The position numbers and the translations under genes were made by a program. This document shows positions 1 to 10,836 of a DNA stretch of 55,080 nt, in pieces. The notes below the pieces were generated by a model. The model saw only the letters and a list, made by a program, of their open reading frames with translations, was not told the origin of the DNA and did not search any database. How positions within the stretch are numbered: the first letter of the stretch is position 1; each line of letters opens with the position of its first letter. Source of the stretch: Octopus bimaculoides (taxonomy: Eukaryota); assembly GCF_001194135.2 (NCBI RefSeq), contig NC_068983.1, forward strand, positions 62,531,812 through 62,586,891, given 5' to 3'.

Positions 1-43
<43 letters not shown>
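1..43. repeat. (TG)n microsatellite
   Basis: Seen directly. Confidence 0.98.
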
Positions 44-46
<3 letters not shown>

Positions 47-159
47 GTTTACTGTTTTGTTGTATACACACATACACACACATGTAAGAAAGTGCTTTTA
101 TGTATGTGTATGTGTGCTATTTCTTTGTAACTTTTTTTTTCTCCTTAATCAAAAGAAAC

Positions 160-711
160 TCAATTAGTTTTTCGAGATAAACCCGTTTGTGGGGTCTCAT
201 TTATAGTCTTGTATGCGGTACTGGTGAGGGCATCAGCTAACATAACCAAAGGTGTAAGAAGATAAGGAGAATATACCGTAGCTAGCAGGTACCTTTCTGA
301 TGGAGTCACAGGTCCAGCGTACCTCAATTTCTTCGTCTCGAGCGATCGAAAATCGTAATTCAATATATGGTATAATATTGGTAAAAGTGTAGTGGCAGTG
401 TGCGTGGCGTAAATGACAATAGGTAGACGAATCCAAGGACAGCTTTTAACCCCTTTCCAATAGGCGTAGGCCGCCACGAAGAAGAACGGGAATTGTAAGA
501 AAAATTCGCATAGTAAAAATGCTTCGTACCATGTGGGTGCTTGTAATAGTAACGGGTCCTTCATTGTAGTACAATATTTGTTGAGTAAATCCCTGAAAAC
601 AGCCGGGTACATCCATGACGGTAGGTAAACTTGTGAATCGAAAAAGATCGAGATGCCAATATGCGATGTGAAGTAGATGAAAAAGATATTATCGATAAAA
701 CGTCGTCTCAT
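160..711 (-). CDS. TMEM97: TMEM97 / sigma-2 receptor / MAC30 homologue (EXPERA domain), 183 aa, single coding exon
   Basis: The uninterrupted ATG-to-stop ORF matches human TMEM97 as I recall it, along its whole length: YFTSHIGISIFFDSQ vs YFLSHIPITLFMDLQ, MKDPLL vs FKDPLL, FLLCEFFLQFPFF vs FLFCELVFQLPFF, WIRLPIVIYATHTATTLLPIL, VYSPYLLTP. D25 and D52 correspond to the ligand-relevant D29 and D56. The C-terminus RKTN resembles a dibasic ER-retrieval signal. Confidence 0.95.
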   Translation of the reverse strand: MRRRFIDNIFFIYFTSHIGISIFFDSQVYLPSWMYPAVFRDLLNKYCTTMKDPLLLQAPTWYEAFLLCEFFLQFPFFFVAAYAYWKGVKSCPWIRLPIVIYATHTATTLLPILYHILNYDFRSLETKKLRYAGPVTPSERYLLATVYSPYLLTPLVMLADALTSTAYKTINETPQTGLSRKTN

Positions 712-1204
712 TGCTTAAAATTCAATGACGGTTCCGAATTAAAGCAATAATTACAATAATGATAAATGTTATTAAAATTTATTATTATGATAGTAATGGT
801 ATTTTTAGTTTTCCTTTTGTGAAAGAAAGTTGGGACGATATCGGGGCTTTTCACAAAACTACTTTTACTAGACTGGCAAAATGTCATAGATATGAGATCT
901 GTTTAGCGACCACGGAAGAATTTAGTTTTGCTTCTAGATTTCTAATTTCTTTCTTGATTTATTGGGGTTAGGCTGCAACCTGAACGCTTGTCCTAGTCTT
1001 GTTGTTGACGTTGTTTATGAATTTATTTGATACAATTGTTCACTCCTGTGGTGGTGTTGTGTGGGTGAGAGAGAGAGAAAGAGAGTGAGGGAAGTGAGAG
1101 AGAAAGAAGCTATATATGTGTCTGTGTGTGAGAGAGAGAGAAAGGGGCTGTGAGAGAGCGAGAGAGAGAGATTAAGAGAATAAAGAGATTGTGTAGGGGA
1201 AGTG

Positions 1205-1207
<3 letters not shown>

Positions 1208-1291
<84 letters not shown>
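1208..1291. repeat. (GA)n microsatellite, ~84 bp
   Basis: Seen directly. It is the source of the poly-RE/ER ORFs. Confidence 0.98.
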
Positions 1292-1295
<4 letters not shown>

Positions 1296-1562
1296 TGTGT
1301 GTTTCTGTATCAGTGTGTGTGTGTGTGTGCGTGCGTCCGTTTGGAAGGTGTAACTATAGAAAGATTAAGCTGTGTTTTCTAGCCGGTCAGGGTCAGCGGT
1401 CGTGCGACCGCGAAGAGATTTTGTCGTGGGAGGAAAATTGCAGCAATAACAACACGCAAATAATTCAACAACAAAACAAACCTGAATAGCAGAAAGAAAA
1501 AATGATCACCAAACCGCAGCACGACGTTTACAAAAAAATTCATCCGCTGCCATCAAAGTGAA

Positions 1563-1800
1563 GGCGCGTGGCTTAGTGTTTGGGGTGTTCCCTTCACGAT
1601 CTCAAGATCGTGATTTCGATCCCCAGACCTTGCGGTGCGATGTGCTCTTGGACAAAGCACATGATTTCACATTGGTCCAGTCCACTCTGCTATAAATGAG
1701 TGACCCTGCAATGAACTGGCTCCCGTTCAAAGGAGATGTGACCTCAGTCATTCATACGCCATTGAAGCAGGATAACGGTTCTATGAGTTCTAGAACTCGA
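1563..1800 (+). mobile_element. tRNA-derived SINE (family 'H' in this report)
   Basis: A-box-like TGGCTTAGTG and B-box-like GATTTCGATCC. A homologous copy lies at 31985-32111 on the minus strand. Confidence 0.75.
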
Positions 1801-2189
1801 AGATAAGTAATGAAAGTGGTACGCTATTATCAAAGATCTAAATCTGAAGCTAGGAAATATTACCTCTGGAGAAAATCTCATCTCATCTATCGGACGTCCC
1901 CCGCCAAAAATCTATGGATGACCTTACGTTTTTCATTCGCACACTGGTTTCAGTGATTGGCGCACAGCCATGCTGAAGAATTATCTTCAAGGCTTTTATT
2001 TTCTATTTTAATTACCCTTTTTTTACACGAGACTGTTAGATATTAGACACACACACATAATTATTTGAGTATTGGCAATATTCCTAGTAGTTAGCCGGTG
2101 AAGCACGTTCGCTGCTTAGGGCTACCTGACGTCATCCACGGTAATTACATAATTGTCGCTGGATCCACCTCGAGAATTCCTCAGTGAAC

Positions 2190-2508
2190 GTTGGGTATAT
2201 AACAAATGGTAGAGACGGAAAATGGAATCTACGAGAAACTTTATTGCTCACAACGATCGTTCCGAACCATCTTGAATCGATCCCTCGCGGGTGGGGTACT
2301 GTATAACTGGTTATGGTGCATCACTCGGTGCAGAAGTGTCTCGTCAGATGATTCCTGCCCAACGGCTTCAATCTACGGTCACTAACATCATGGTGTATTA
2401 AAACTGAGCGAAACGGGTCATGTTTAACGAGATACCCCTTATAACATCACCTGACAAGGCACTTCTGCACCGAGTAATGCAACACAACCAGTTGTACAGT
2501 ATTCCACC
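2190..2508. mobile_element. Inverted-repeat element, possibly a Penelope-like pseudo-LTR remnant
   Basis: 63-bp arms at 2290-2352 and 2446-2508 differ at 9 positions. On the minus strand a decayed hammerhead-like motif (2248-2295) is followed by AATAAA (2240-2245). Confidence 0.45.
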
Positions 2509-2872
2509 AGCAAGAGATCGATGATAAACTGCTTTGATGATCGCTGTTGCTATCATCACGGAGCTTTCTACTGACATATCCATGCATAGTCTTCTGCTCA
2601 CACAGGATCATCCTTTCATCTGATGATACGTTGCGGTAGAGTCGTGCGTCTTCTTTGAGCATGTATTCTAGATTATCGGACAAAGAGTGTTGCTCAAGGA
2701 ACTGCCTTCCAAGTCTTATTATGTTATCAGCCTCATGCAGGCAGCCTTGATCAAGGGATGCACTTCGACGCTTGGTGGTTGAAAGGTGTTACAGAAGGGA
2801 TATGATGTGACATCCAAAGGTATTTTGGATCGACGTTAAGCCTCTGCCGCCTGGTTTTCGGTTTAAGTAGAG
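2509..2872 (-). mobile_element. R4/Dong-like (RLE) non-LTR retrotransposon fragment, post-RT region
   Basis: Translates as LYLNRKPGGRGLTSIQ (LYLxRxxGGRGL motif), then with one internal stop continues in frame to KTMHGYVSRK (KxLHG motif). It runs into the gap at 2873. Confidence 0.8.
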
Positions 2873-3466
2873 NNNNNNNNNNNNNNNNNNNNNNNNNNNN
2901 NNNNNNNNNNNNNNNNNNNNNNNNNNNNNNNNNNNNNNNNNNNNNNNNNNNNNNNNNNNNNNNNNNNNNNNNNNNNNNNNNNNNNNNNNNNNNNNNNNNN
3001 NNNNNNNNNNNNNNNNNNNNNNNNNNNNNNNNNNNNNNNNNNNNNNNNNNNNNNNNNNNNNNNNNNNNNNNNNNNNNNNNNNNNNNNNNNNNNNNNNNNN
3101 NNNNNNNNNNNNNNNNNNNNNNNNNNNNNNNNNNNNNNNNNNNNNNNNNNNNNNNNNNNNNNNNNNNNNNNNNNNNNNNNNNNNNNNNNNNNNNNNNNNN
3201 NNNNNNNNNNNNNNNNNNNNNNNNNNNNNNNNNNNNNNNNNNNNNNNNNNATATATATATATGTATGTGTGCGTGTATATATATATATATCTATATATAT
3301 ACGCACACATACATACACACATAAATACACACACACACACACACACATTTTACATCACGTTTACGAGGTCAATGTTCTCGCTCACTTTTCACAGTCAGTG
3401 TATCAGTGTTCGCAGCAGAAGTCTGTTTGTCTTACGTGGTGTTATATCTATTTCCTCTCTCCCCCT

Positions 3467-3700
3467 TCTCAATCCTCTGGGCGCACTGATTTTACGATTC
3501 ATGTAAATACAATCAATTCTGTGTCATTTTAGGGCAATAACCTTTTGGTCAAAGCGAAATTTTAAATTCCTGGTGCGATGGTTGGTAAAATAACGTGTGC
3601 ATCTGTGGCGAATTGGTCGAAAAGCTTGCTTCGAGCTTTGTGCTCTGGACTATCAACGATCAGTGTTCAATTCCAAGCCGTGGTGAATTTTTGTCTTTCA
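3467..3700 (+). repeat. Left arm of a perfect 234-bp inverted repeat; contains a tRNA-like SINE head
   Basis: Exact reverse complement of 4628-4861 by manual comparison. Contains TGGCGAATTGG (A box) and GTTCAATTCC (B box). Confidence 0.95.
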
Positions 3701-3928
3701 TCCGTATTGTTCCATAAAAAAAAAAAAAANNNNNNNNNNNNNNNNNNNNNNNNNNNNNNNNNNNNNNNNNNNNNNNNNNNNNNNNNNNNNNNNNNNNNNN
3801 NNNNNNNNNNNNNNNNNNNGGTCTGAGTTCAAATACCACTGGCGTTAATTACACATTTTTTCATCCTTTCGAGCTCAAAAAAAAAAAGAGAAAAAAATTC
3901 ATAAATAAATAAAATAAATCTTTTTTTT

Positions 3929-4240
3929 GTTTCAGTCATTAGAGTGCGGCCAAGCTGGGGCACCTCCTGGCAGAGTTGTCAGTCGAACTAATCGGTCCGC
4001 AGTACCTTTTTCTTTAAGTCTGACACTTATTCTATCAGTCATTTTGCCGAACCGCAAAGTTAAGGGGGCGTGAACACTCCAACACCGGTTGTTAAGTGGT
4101 GGTGGAGGACAAACACAGACAGAAATCCACACACCGAAGCTATAGTAGTCACACTTGTCCAAGGTGCCACGAAGCGGAACTGAGCCTGGAGCCATGTGAT
4201 TGGGAAGCAAGCTTCTTACCGCACAGCCACGCCTGCGCCT
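3929..4240 (-). mobile_element. tRNA-derived SINE family 'A', near full length
   Basis: Head GGCTGTGCGGTAAGAAGCTTGCTTCCC and tail GATAGAATAAG...GGCCGCACTCTAATGACTGAAAC, both shared with several other copies in the window. Confidence 0.9.
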
Positions 4241-4467
4241 ATAAGAAGATAAAGAAAACAAAAGGAAAATCAGAGCGTCGGAATAGATAACTTGCGATTT
4301 GCGTTTCAGGCCTTTTTAGGTAACTGTTTGCCTTTCATCGCTAAAAAGTAATGTAATCGAATGAGGAGAGCGAAGGATTGACAGGAATGTTCTGTGTATC
4401 AGTTTTGGCTCTTGCTGTTCTAATGTTCAATTCCTACCAAAGTGAAAGTCATCTTATCTTTTGCTTC

Positions 4468-4627
4468 TTTCAGTCATTAAACAGCGGCCATGCTGGAGCA
4501 CTGCCTAGAAGGGTTTAGCCGAATGAATCAATCCCAGTACTTATTTGTTATCTTAAGCCTGACTCTTATTCCATAGCTCTCTTGTCGAACCATCAAGTTA
4601 CAGGGACGTAAACACTCCAACACCGGT
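4468..4627 (-). mobile_element. SINE family A, 3' half
   Basis: Homologous to the tails at 26050-26215 and 50984-51190. Confidence 0.85.
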
Positions 4628-4861
4628 TGAAAGACAAAAATTCACCACGGCTTGGAATTGAACACTGATCGTTGATAGTCCAGAGCACAAAGCTCGAAGC
4701 AAGCTTTTCGACCAATTCGCCACAGATGCACACGTTATTTTACCAACCATCGCACCAGGAATTTAAAATTTCGCTTTGACCAAAAGGTTATTGCCCTAAA
4801 ATGACACAGAATTGATTGTATTTACATGAATCGTAAAATCAGTGCGCCCAGAGGATTGAGA
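4628..4861 (-). repeat. Right arm of the perfect 234-bp inverted repeat
   Basis: Reverse complement of 3467-3700. Confidence 0.95.
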
Positions 4862-5043
4862 TGTGGGATGTGGGATAAACGCAGATACGCGCACACATAC
4901 ATGCGCGCACGCACGCACACACTGAGGATAGCCCTGCATTTAAATTGATGTAATGATTGCATTGTTCAATTAAATGGAGCCACTTGAAGTAGTTGTACTA
5001 CATCACCTCTGGATATCCTGTTGCTTATTTTGATTATATATAT

Positions 5044-5103
<60 letters not shown>

Positions 5104-5170
5104 ACATACATTGACACACAAACATATCTATCTGTCTATCTATCTATATTTATATATATGTATACATATA

Positions 5171-5982
5171 GGAGTGGCTCTGTGGTAAGAAGCTTGCTTC
5201 CTAACCACGTGGTTCTGGGTTCAGTCTTACTGCGTGACACCTTGGGTGTCTTCTACTATAGCCTCGGGCCAACGAAAACCTTGTGAGTGGATTTTATAGA
5301 CAGAAACTGAAAGAAGCCCATTATGTGTGTGTGTGTGTGTGTGTGTGTGTATTCACATGTATATATAAATAAGTATCAATTGATGGACAGGTGTCAATTC
5401 GTTACAGCCATTTCTAATAACTTCTTTAATTGATTTATGATTAAAAGAGTCGTTAGAAATGGCTGCAACGAATTGACACCAGTCCTTCAATTGTAAATGA
5501 TTTATAATATTTTATTCACCTATCACGGAACATGCCCTTCACAAATTCTGAAATAAATTATGGACTGTATATCTAATAAAATGTCCATAGCTCAAGAGTG
5601 GATTTCTTTACTCAGCTGATGGGTCTAATTGCCTGCAGGCACTGCAAGAATATCATTCAGCCGGAACTTATGCATGAAATTTGATATTTACTTAATATTG
5701 TTGTGTGTGTATATTATTCTGTGCTAATGAGGTGCCTCAAGTACCAAATTCAACTGAATCTTATACATACATACATATATGTACATTAAAATAAATATTT
5801 GTGTGTGCGCATGTGTTTGTCACCCCTCCCACCGCTATCACTACCACTTGACAAAAGAAACGAATAGAATAAGTACCAGGCTTTAAAAAATGAAAAGTAG
5901 TGGGGTTGATCCATTCAATTAAAAATATTCTTCAAAGTGGTGTTCCAGCATGGCTGCAGTCTAATAATTAAAACAAGTAAAA

Positions 5983-5985
<3 letters not shown>
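5171..5985 (+). mobile_element. SINE family A split by insertions (head 5171-5319, tail ~5801-5985)
   Basis: Head and tail both match the other family A copies. The central (TG)/(TA) linker holds ~480 bp of extra sequence. Confidence 0.75.
5377..5493. mobile_element. ~117-bp hairpin MITE-like element
   Basis: Arms of ~54 bp (CAATTGATGGACAGGTGTCAATTCG... / ...CGAATTGACACCAGTCCTTCAATTG) surround a 9-nt loop. TA lies just outside both ends. Confidence 0.7.
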
Positions 5986-6019
<34 letters not shown>

Positions 6020-8479
6020 NNNNNNNNNNNNNNNNNNNNNNNNNNNNNNNNNNNNNNNNNNNNNNNNNNNNNNNNNNNNNNNNNNNNNNNNNNNNNNNNN
6101 NNNNNNNNNNNNNNNNNNNNNNNNNNNNNNNNNNNNNNNNNNNNNNNNNNNNNNNNNNNNNNNNNNNNNNNNNNNNNNNNNNNNNNNNNNNNNNNNNNNN
6201 NNNNNNNNNNNNNNNNNNNNNNNNNNNNNNNNNNNNNNNNNNNNNNNNNNNNNNNNNNNNNNNNNNNNNNNNNNNNNNNNNNNNNNNNNNNNNNNNNNNN
6301 NNNNNNNNNNNNNNNNNNNNNNNNNNNNNNNNNNNNNNNNNNNNNNNNNNNNNNNNNNNNNNNNNNNNNNNNNNNNNNNNNNNNNNNNNNNNNNNNNNNN
6401 NNNNNNNNNNNNNNNNNNNNNNNNNNNNNNNNNNNNNNNNNNNNNNNNNNNNNNNNNNNNNNNNNNNNNNNNNNNNNNNNNNNNNNNNNNNNNNNNNNNN
6501 NNNNNNNNNNNNNNNNNNNNNNNNNNNNNNNNNNNNNNNNNNNNNNNNNNNNNNNNNNNNNNNNNNNNNNNNNNNNNNNNNNNNNNNNNNNNNNNNNNNN
6601 NNNNNNNNNNNNNNNNNNNNNNNNNNNNNNNNNNNNNNNNNNNNNNNNNNNNNNNNNNNNNNNNNNNNNNNNNNNNNNNNNNNNNNNNNNNNNNNNNNNN
6701 NNNNNNNNNAGGTTATATGAACAGACAAGCACACATATGCAAATGGAGACTGGAACACATGACCATAAATACACACACACTTTACTCACACAAGGACACA
6801 TATGGAGACACATGTCCACATATATGAAGATGCACATACATACAAACACAGTACATAGTTGCAAAATACATACACACACACTCAGACATGCACACACAAG
6901 GAGACAGAGGTGCATCCATATACAAACACATGCACACACACGGACATGCAAGCACATGAATATGCAGAATACATACATACAGATGCACACACATGCATAC
7001 ATATATACATATGCATACACACACATATATACATACACAGACATGCATACATAAATACATGCAAGCATAAACACACACACACTCACACACACTGACCCAC
7101 GCACATGCGCACAAACAAACAAAAAGGAACGCAGTGTAAATAACGGACAGAGTCAGGACTATTGAAAAGGTTCCAAGACGCAACGAGAATTTCAGGAAAA
7201 TAAAAATAAGAAATAAGTGGAAATTTTGCCGGTGAGTGAGTTGAATTATAAGGCACAAAAAGAAAATGACTCTCCCCAGACTCAACAGAATATGCTTCAA
7301 CACACGAACTCACATAAAGAATCTTGCAAACCAAATCCAAAAACGAAATATATATATATATGCATTCACATTTATACGCATGTATTGACTCAAACATATT
7401 CAACTGCCAGCAAATACACGAATGCATAAAATGGTAAAATATCGACAAAGGCGCGCGCGCGTATGTGAAATTCAGTGGGACAGCGAGAGAAAACTACAAT
7501 AACGATAACCCTTACATAAAACTTTAAGAGTTATCGCCCCTGAATGGAGATATTTCTTTTCTTTTGAAACGTGCTTATTTATTCATATATACATATATAT
7601 ATATATGCGCATGCCTACATACATTTATACATACGCGCATGCAGGCATGGATTGCACAAACATGCACGTGCGTAAATACGTAAACAAACAATATATATTG
7701 CAATTATTGGAATAAGCAAATTAGACACAAGAAATATATCAAACACAAAATATGTTTCCATGCAAAATGAAAGAATGCAAAAAGTGGAAACTTTCAGATG
7801 ATTTTGTATGTATAAATATAGATATATTTCTATAAAAAAATGTCCCAACTTACAGAGTACAAAGGACAGAAATTTGAAGGGATGGCACAAAGATATACTT
7901 ACTATTTCTGCTGTCGTTGTTATTGTTGCTTCTATTTAAATAGGAAGTGTCTAGTTTTTTTTTATTATTCGGGGAGGAAACGATGCTAGCTAAGCTATGC
8001 ATGAGACTATAACCTATCTTTATTACTTAACTATTAATAAGTTTCAAATATATGCTACTCTTATCAAAGTGTTTATTTATAATGTCAAATATTAGCTTAG
8101 CTAAGTTGGTCTTTATTTGCATCTCATATCTCTCTGGTTCATTTGCTAGTTCGCTCTTTTGCCTATCGACTTCAAGCTTCACACTGCAAAATAGTATGAT
8201 TCTAATATATTGAGCCTTCTGGTCCCAACTCGAGGCCCTGTTGTTCTTCCTTTCTGTTATTTTATGTATTTGTATTCACTCTGATGAAGCTCCATGTACT
8301 AGATCGAATGTGGCTATAAAGATGACGAATATTATTTTTGGAATTTTCTTTGTAAGCACTGACTGACATTGGCAGCCGAAATGGCCCTAAGAAATGTTAT
8401 GTTTTATATTAAAAACTAATTAAGCAATGTTGGTCAATTTGTTTGTTGATGAAAAGTTTTCTCCATTTTCTGCTTATTC

Positions 8480-8520
<41 letters not shown>

Positions 8521-8580
8521 ATGATAAAGATGAGATAGTCAGCAGGAAAGATTATACTAAAAAAAATGTTTCTTTCTTAC

Positions 8581-8666
8581 CTTGCGACTGGCTGAATAAT
8601 TGCAAAATAGAATGGAGTCTTCATTCTTGTCGGACCTAACTCCAGCATTCTTTACATGTGTGATAC
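8581..8666 (-). other. Candidate 86-nt exon
   Basis: Acceptor tttctttacctttttcttag and donor AAG|gtaaga. One frame is open (GITHVKNAGVRSDKNEDSILFCNYSASRK). I do not recognise the protein. Confidence 0.4.
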
Positions 8667-9094
8667 CTAAGAAAAAGGTAAAGAAACCTTTGATTTTGTG
8701 TTTTAAGCAACAAGTTGTAGTCTTCGGGACTGTAATTTCACAAGAAGATGCAAAATGTACGGTGAATGTAGTTACATCTTTATTATTTCATTTTCACATT
8801 GTGGTTGCCGAAACCACGTGTTGAATAAGTCTTAATATTTAGACATCATGAAATTTTCCCTTATAACTACTTGTAGGTAGATCAAATGTGAAATATTCTT
8901 TTTAAATGTAGTATGCTGGTAGTAATGTATGAGATATTTAAATCAGAAATCGCTCTACCTATAGTTACATTGATCTCTTGGAGGTTTTAAAGTATTTTTT
9001 CAAAAGCTAGTCTTCACACATCTTACCAACTCAGCACCATCTTGGATATATATTATATCTGCATGAAGAAACCAGGCTAAAACAGAATACAGCT

Positions 9095-9420
9095 GGATGG
9101 TCTTCCTAATGCAAACCACTTTGCAGAGTGTACTGGGTGCTTTTTGTGGCACCATCACCACTGCTTTTTATGTGGCACCAGCACCAATACTTCTTACATG
9201 GTACCTTGGTTTTAGGATATCAATTCTGTTGTGATGGGCAGGTCTTCTTGAGTACAACAATGTGTCATATATCACAGTCCTTTGTTACTTCCTTCATAAG
9301 GCTCAGCATTTTGTGATCAGCCTTCAATATTTCGCCCAATGTCTATCTAGGTCTCCCACTTTCACAACTTCCCTCTATTTCTTTATGAAACTGCTCTCAT
9401 CCCTCTGCATCACATGACCA
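9095..9420 (-). mobile_element. RTE-clade LINE 3' fragment
   Basis: GHVMQRDESSFIKK...EGSCESGRPR*TLGE resembles the RTE GHVxRM...GRPRKTW motif. It is followed by the 3' UTR motif AAGCACCCAGT...AAAGTGGTT shared with other copies. Confidence 0.8.
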
Positions 9421-9577
9421 ACAGGGTTCTTTCAGTTTCCATCTACCAAATCCACTCACAAGGCCTTGGTTGGCCCAAGATTATACAAGAAGACACTTGC
9501 CCAAGATGCCATGCTGTAGGACTAAATCCAGAACCATGTGGTTGGGAAGCAAGCTTCTTACCACATGGCCATACCTG
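9421..9577 (-). mobile_element. SINE family A head, abutting the RTE fragment
   Basis: GTGGTAAGAAGCTTGCTTCCCAACCACATGG...GAAACTGAAAGAAC. Confidence 0.9.
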
Positions 9578-9587
9578 TACTGATATA

Positions 9588-9971
9588 TCTATATATATAA
9601 AAATGAGAATGTGTGTCTGTCTGTCTGTCTGTGTGAATCCCTAAAACTCGAGAACTACGCAACCAATTTCATTCAAATTTTACACATGCCTTACTTAGGG
9701 TTCCAGTTGTGTTTTAGTCAAAAAAAATTATTAACTTCTTGCAGAGTTCGAGCACACGGCAACATAATATCTCCTCCACTATTTAAGTATTACGTGTCAA
9801 AAGTGAAACAAAAACACTCATGTCAAATACTTTCACTTTAAAAATGAAACTATTCCACTAACTGAAACAATCACATTTCGATACTGTAGTGACAGATACT
9901 TTCACAGAGAGAGAAAGAGAGAGAGAAAGAGGGAGAGAGAAAGAGAGAGAGAGAGAGAGATGTACACGTAT
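9588..9971 (+). mobile_element. Non-autonomous Helitron-like element, 5' part
   Basis: Begins A|TCTATATATATAAAA followed by an internal (GTCT)n tract, a layout typical of non-autonomous Helitrons. The 3' CTRR end is not visible because of the gap. Confidence 0.55.
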
Positions 9972-10836
9972 NNNNNNNNNNNNNNNNNNNNNNNNNNNNN
10001 NNNNNNNNNNNNNNNNNNNNNNNNNNNNNNNNNNNNNNNNNNNNNNNNNNNNNNNNNNNNNNNNNNNNNNNNNNNNNNNNNNNNNNNNNNNNNNNNNNNN
10101 NNNNNNNNNNNNNNNNNNNNNNNNNNNNNNNNNNNNNNNNNNNNNNNNNNNNNNNNNNNNNNNNNNNNNNNNNNNNNNNNNNNNNNNNNNNNNNNNNNNN
10201 NNNNNNNNNNNNNNNNNNNNNNNNNNNNNNNNNNNNNNNNNNNNNNNNNNNNNNNNNNNNNNNNNNNNNNNNNNNNNNNNNNNNNNNNNNNNNNNNNNNN
10301 NNNNNNNNNNNNNNNNNNNNNNNNNNNNNNNNNNNNNNNNNNNNNNNNNNNNNNNNNNNNNNNNNNNNNNNNNNNNNNNNNNNNNNNNNNNNNNNNNNNN
10401 NNNNNNNNNNNNNNNNNNNNNNNNNNNNNNNNNNNNNNNNNNNNNNNNNNNNNNNNNNNNNNNNNNNNNNNNNNNNNNNNNNNNNNNNNNNNNNNNNNNN
10501 NNNNNNNNNNNNNNNNNNNNNNNNNNNNNNNNNNNNNNNNNNNNNNNNNNNNNNNNNNNNNNNNNNNNNNNNNNNNNNNNNNNNNNNNNNNNNNNNNNNN
10601 NNNNNNNNNNNNNNNNNNNNNNNNNNNNNNNNNNNNNNNNNNNNNNNNNNNNNNNNNNNNNNNNNNNNNNNNNNNNNNNNNNNNNNNNNNNNNNNNNNNN
10701 NNNNNNNNNNNNNNNNNNNNNNNNNNNNNNNNNNNNNNNNNNNNNNNNNNNNNNNNNNNNNNNNNNNNNNNNNNNNNNNNNNNNNNNNNNNNNNNNNNNN
10801 NNNNNNNNNNNNNNNNNNNNNNNNNNNNNNNNNNNN

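Noticed and set aside
1929-1973. 45-nt minus-strand exon (HGCAPITETSVRMKN)
   Set aside because: The sequence is a decayed family A SINE tail (TTTCAGTGATTGG...GCCATGCTG).
2098-2225. LTR ending ...TATATAACA followed by a PBS-like TGGTAG
   Set aside because: The match to the iMet primer site breaks after 6 nt, and there is no second LTR or gag/pol sequence.
8281-8320. Hammerhead-like CTGATGA AGCTC...
   Set aside because: Stem II does not close properly and there is no GAAA.
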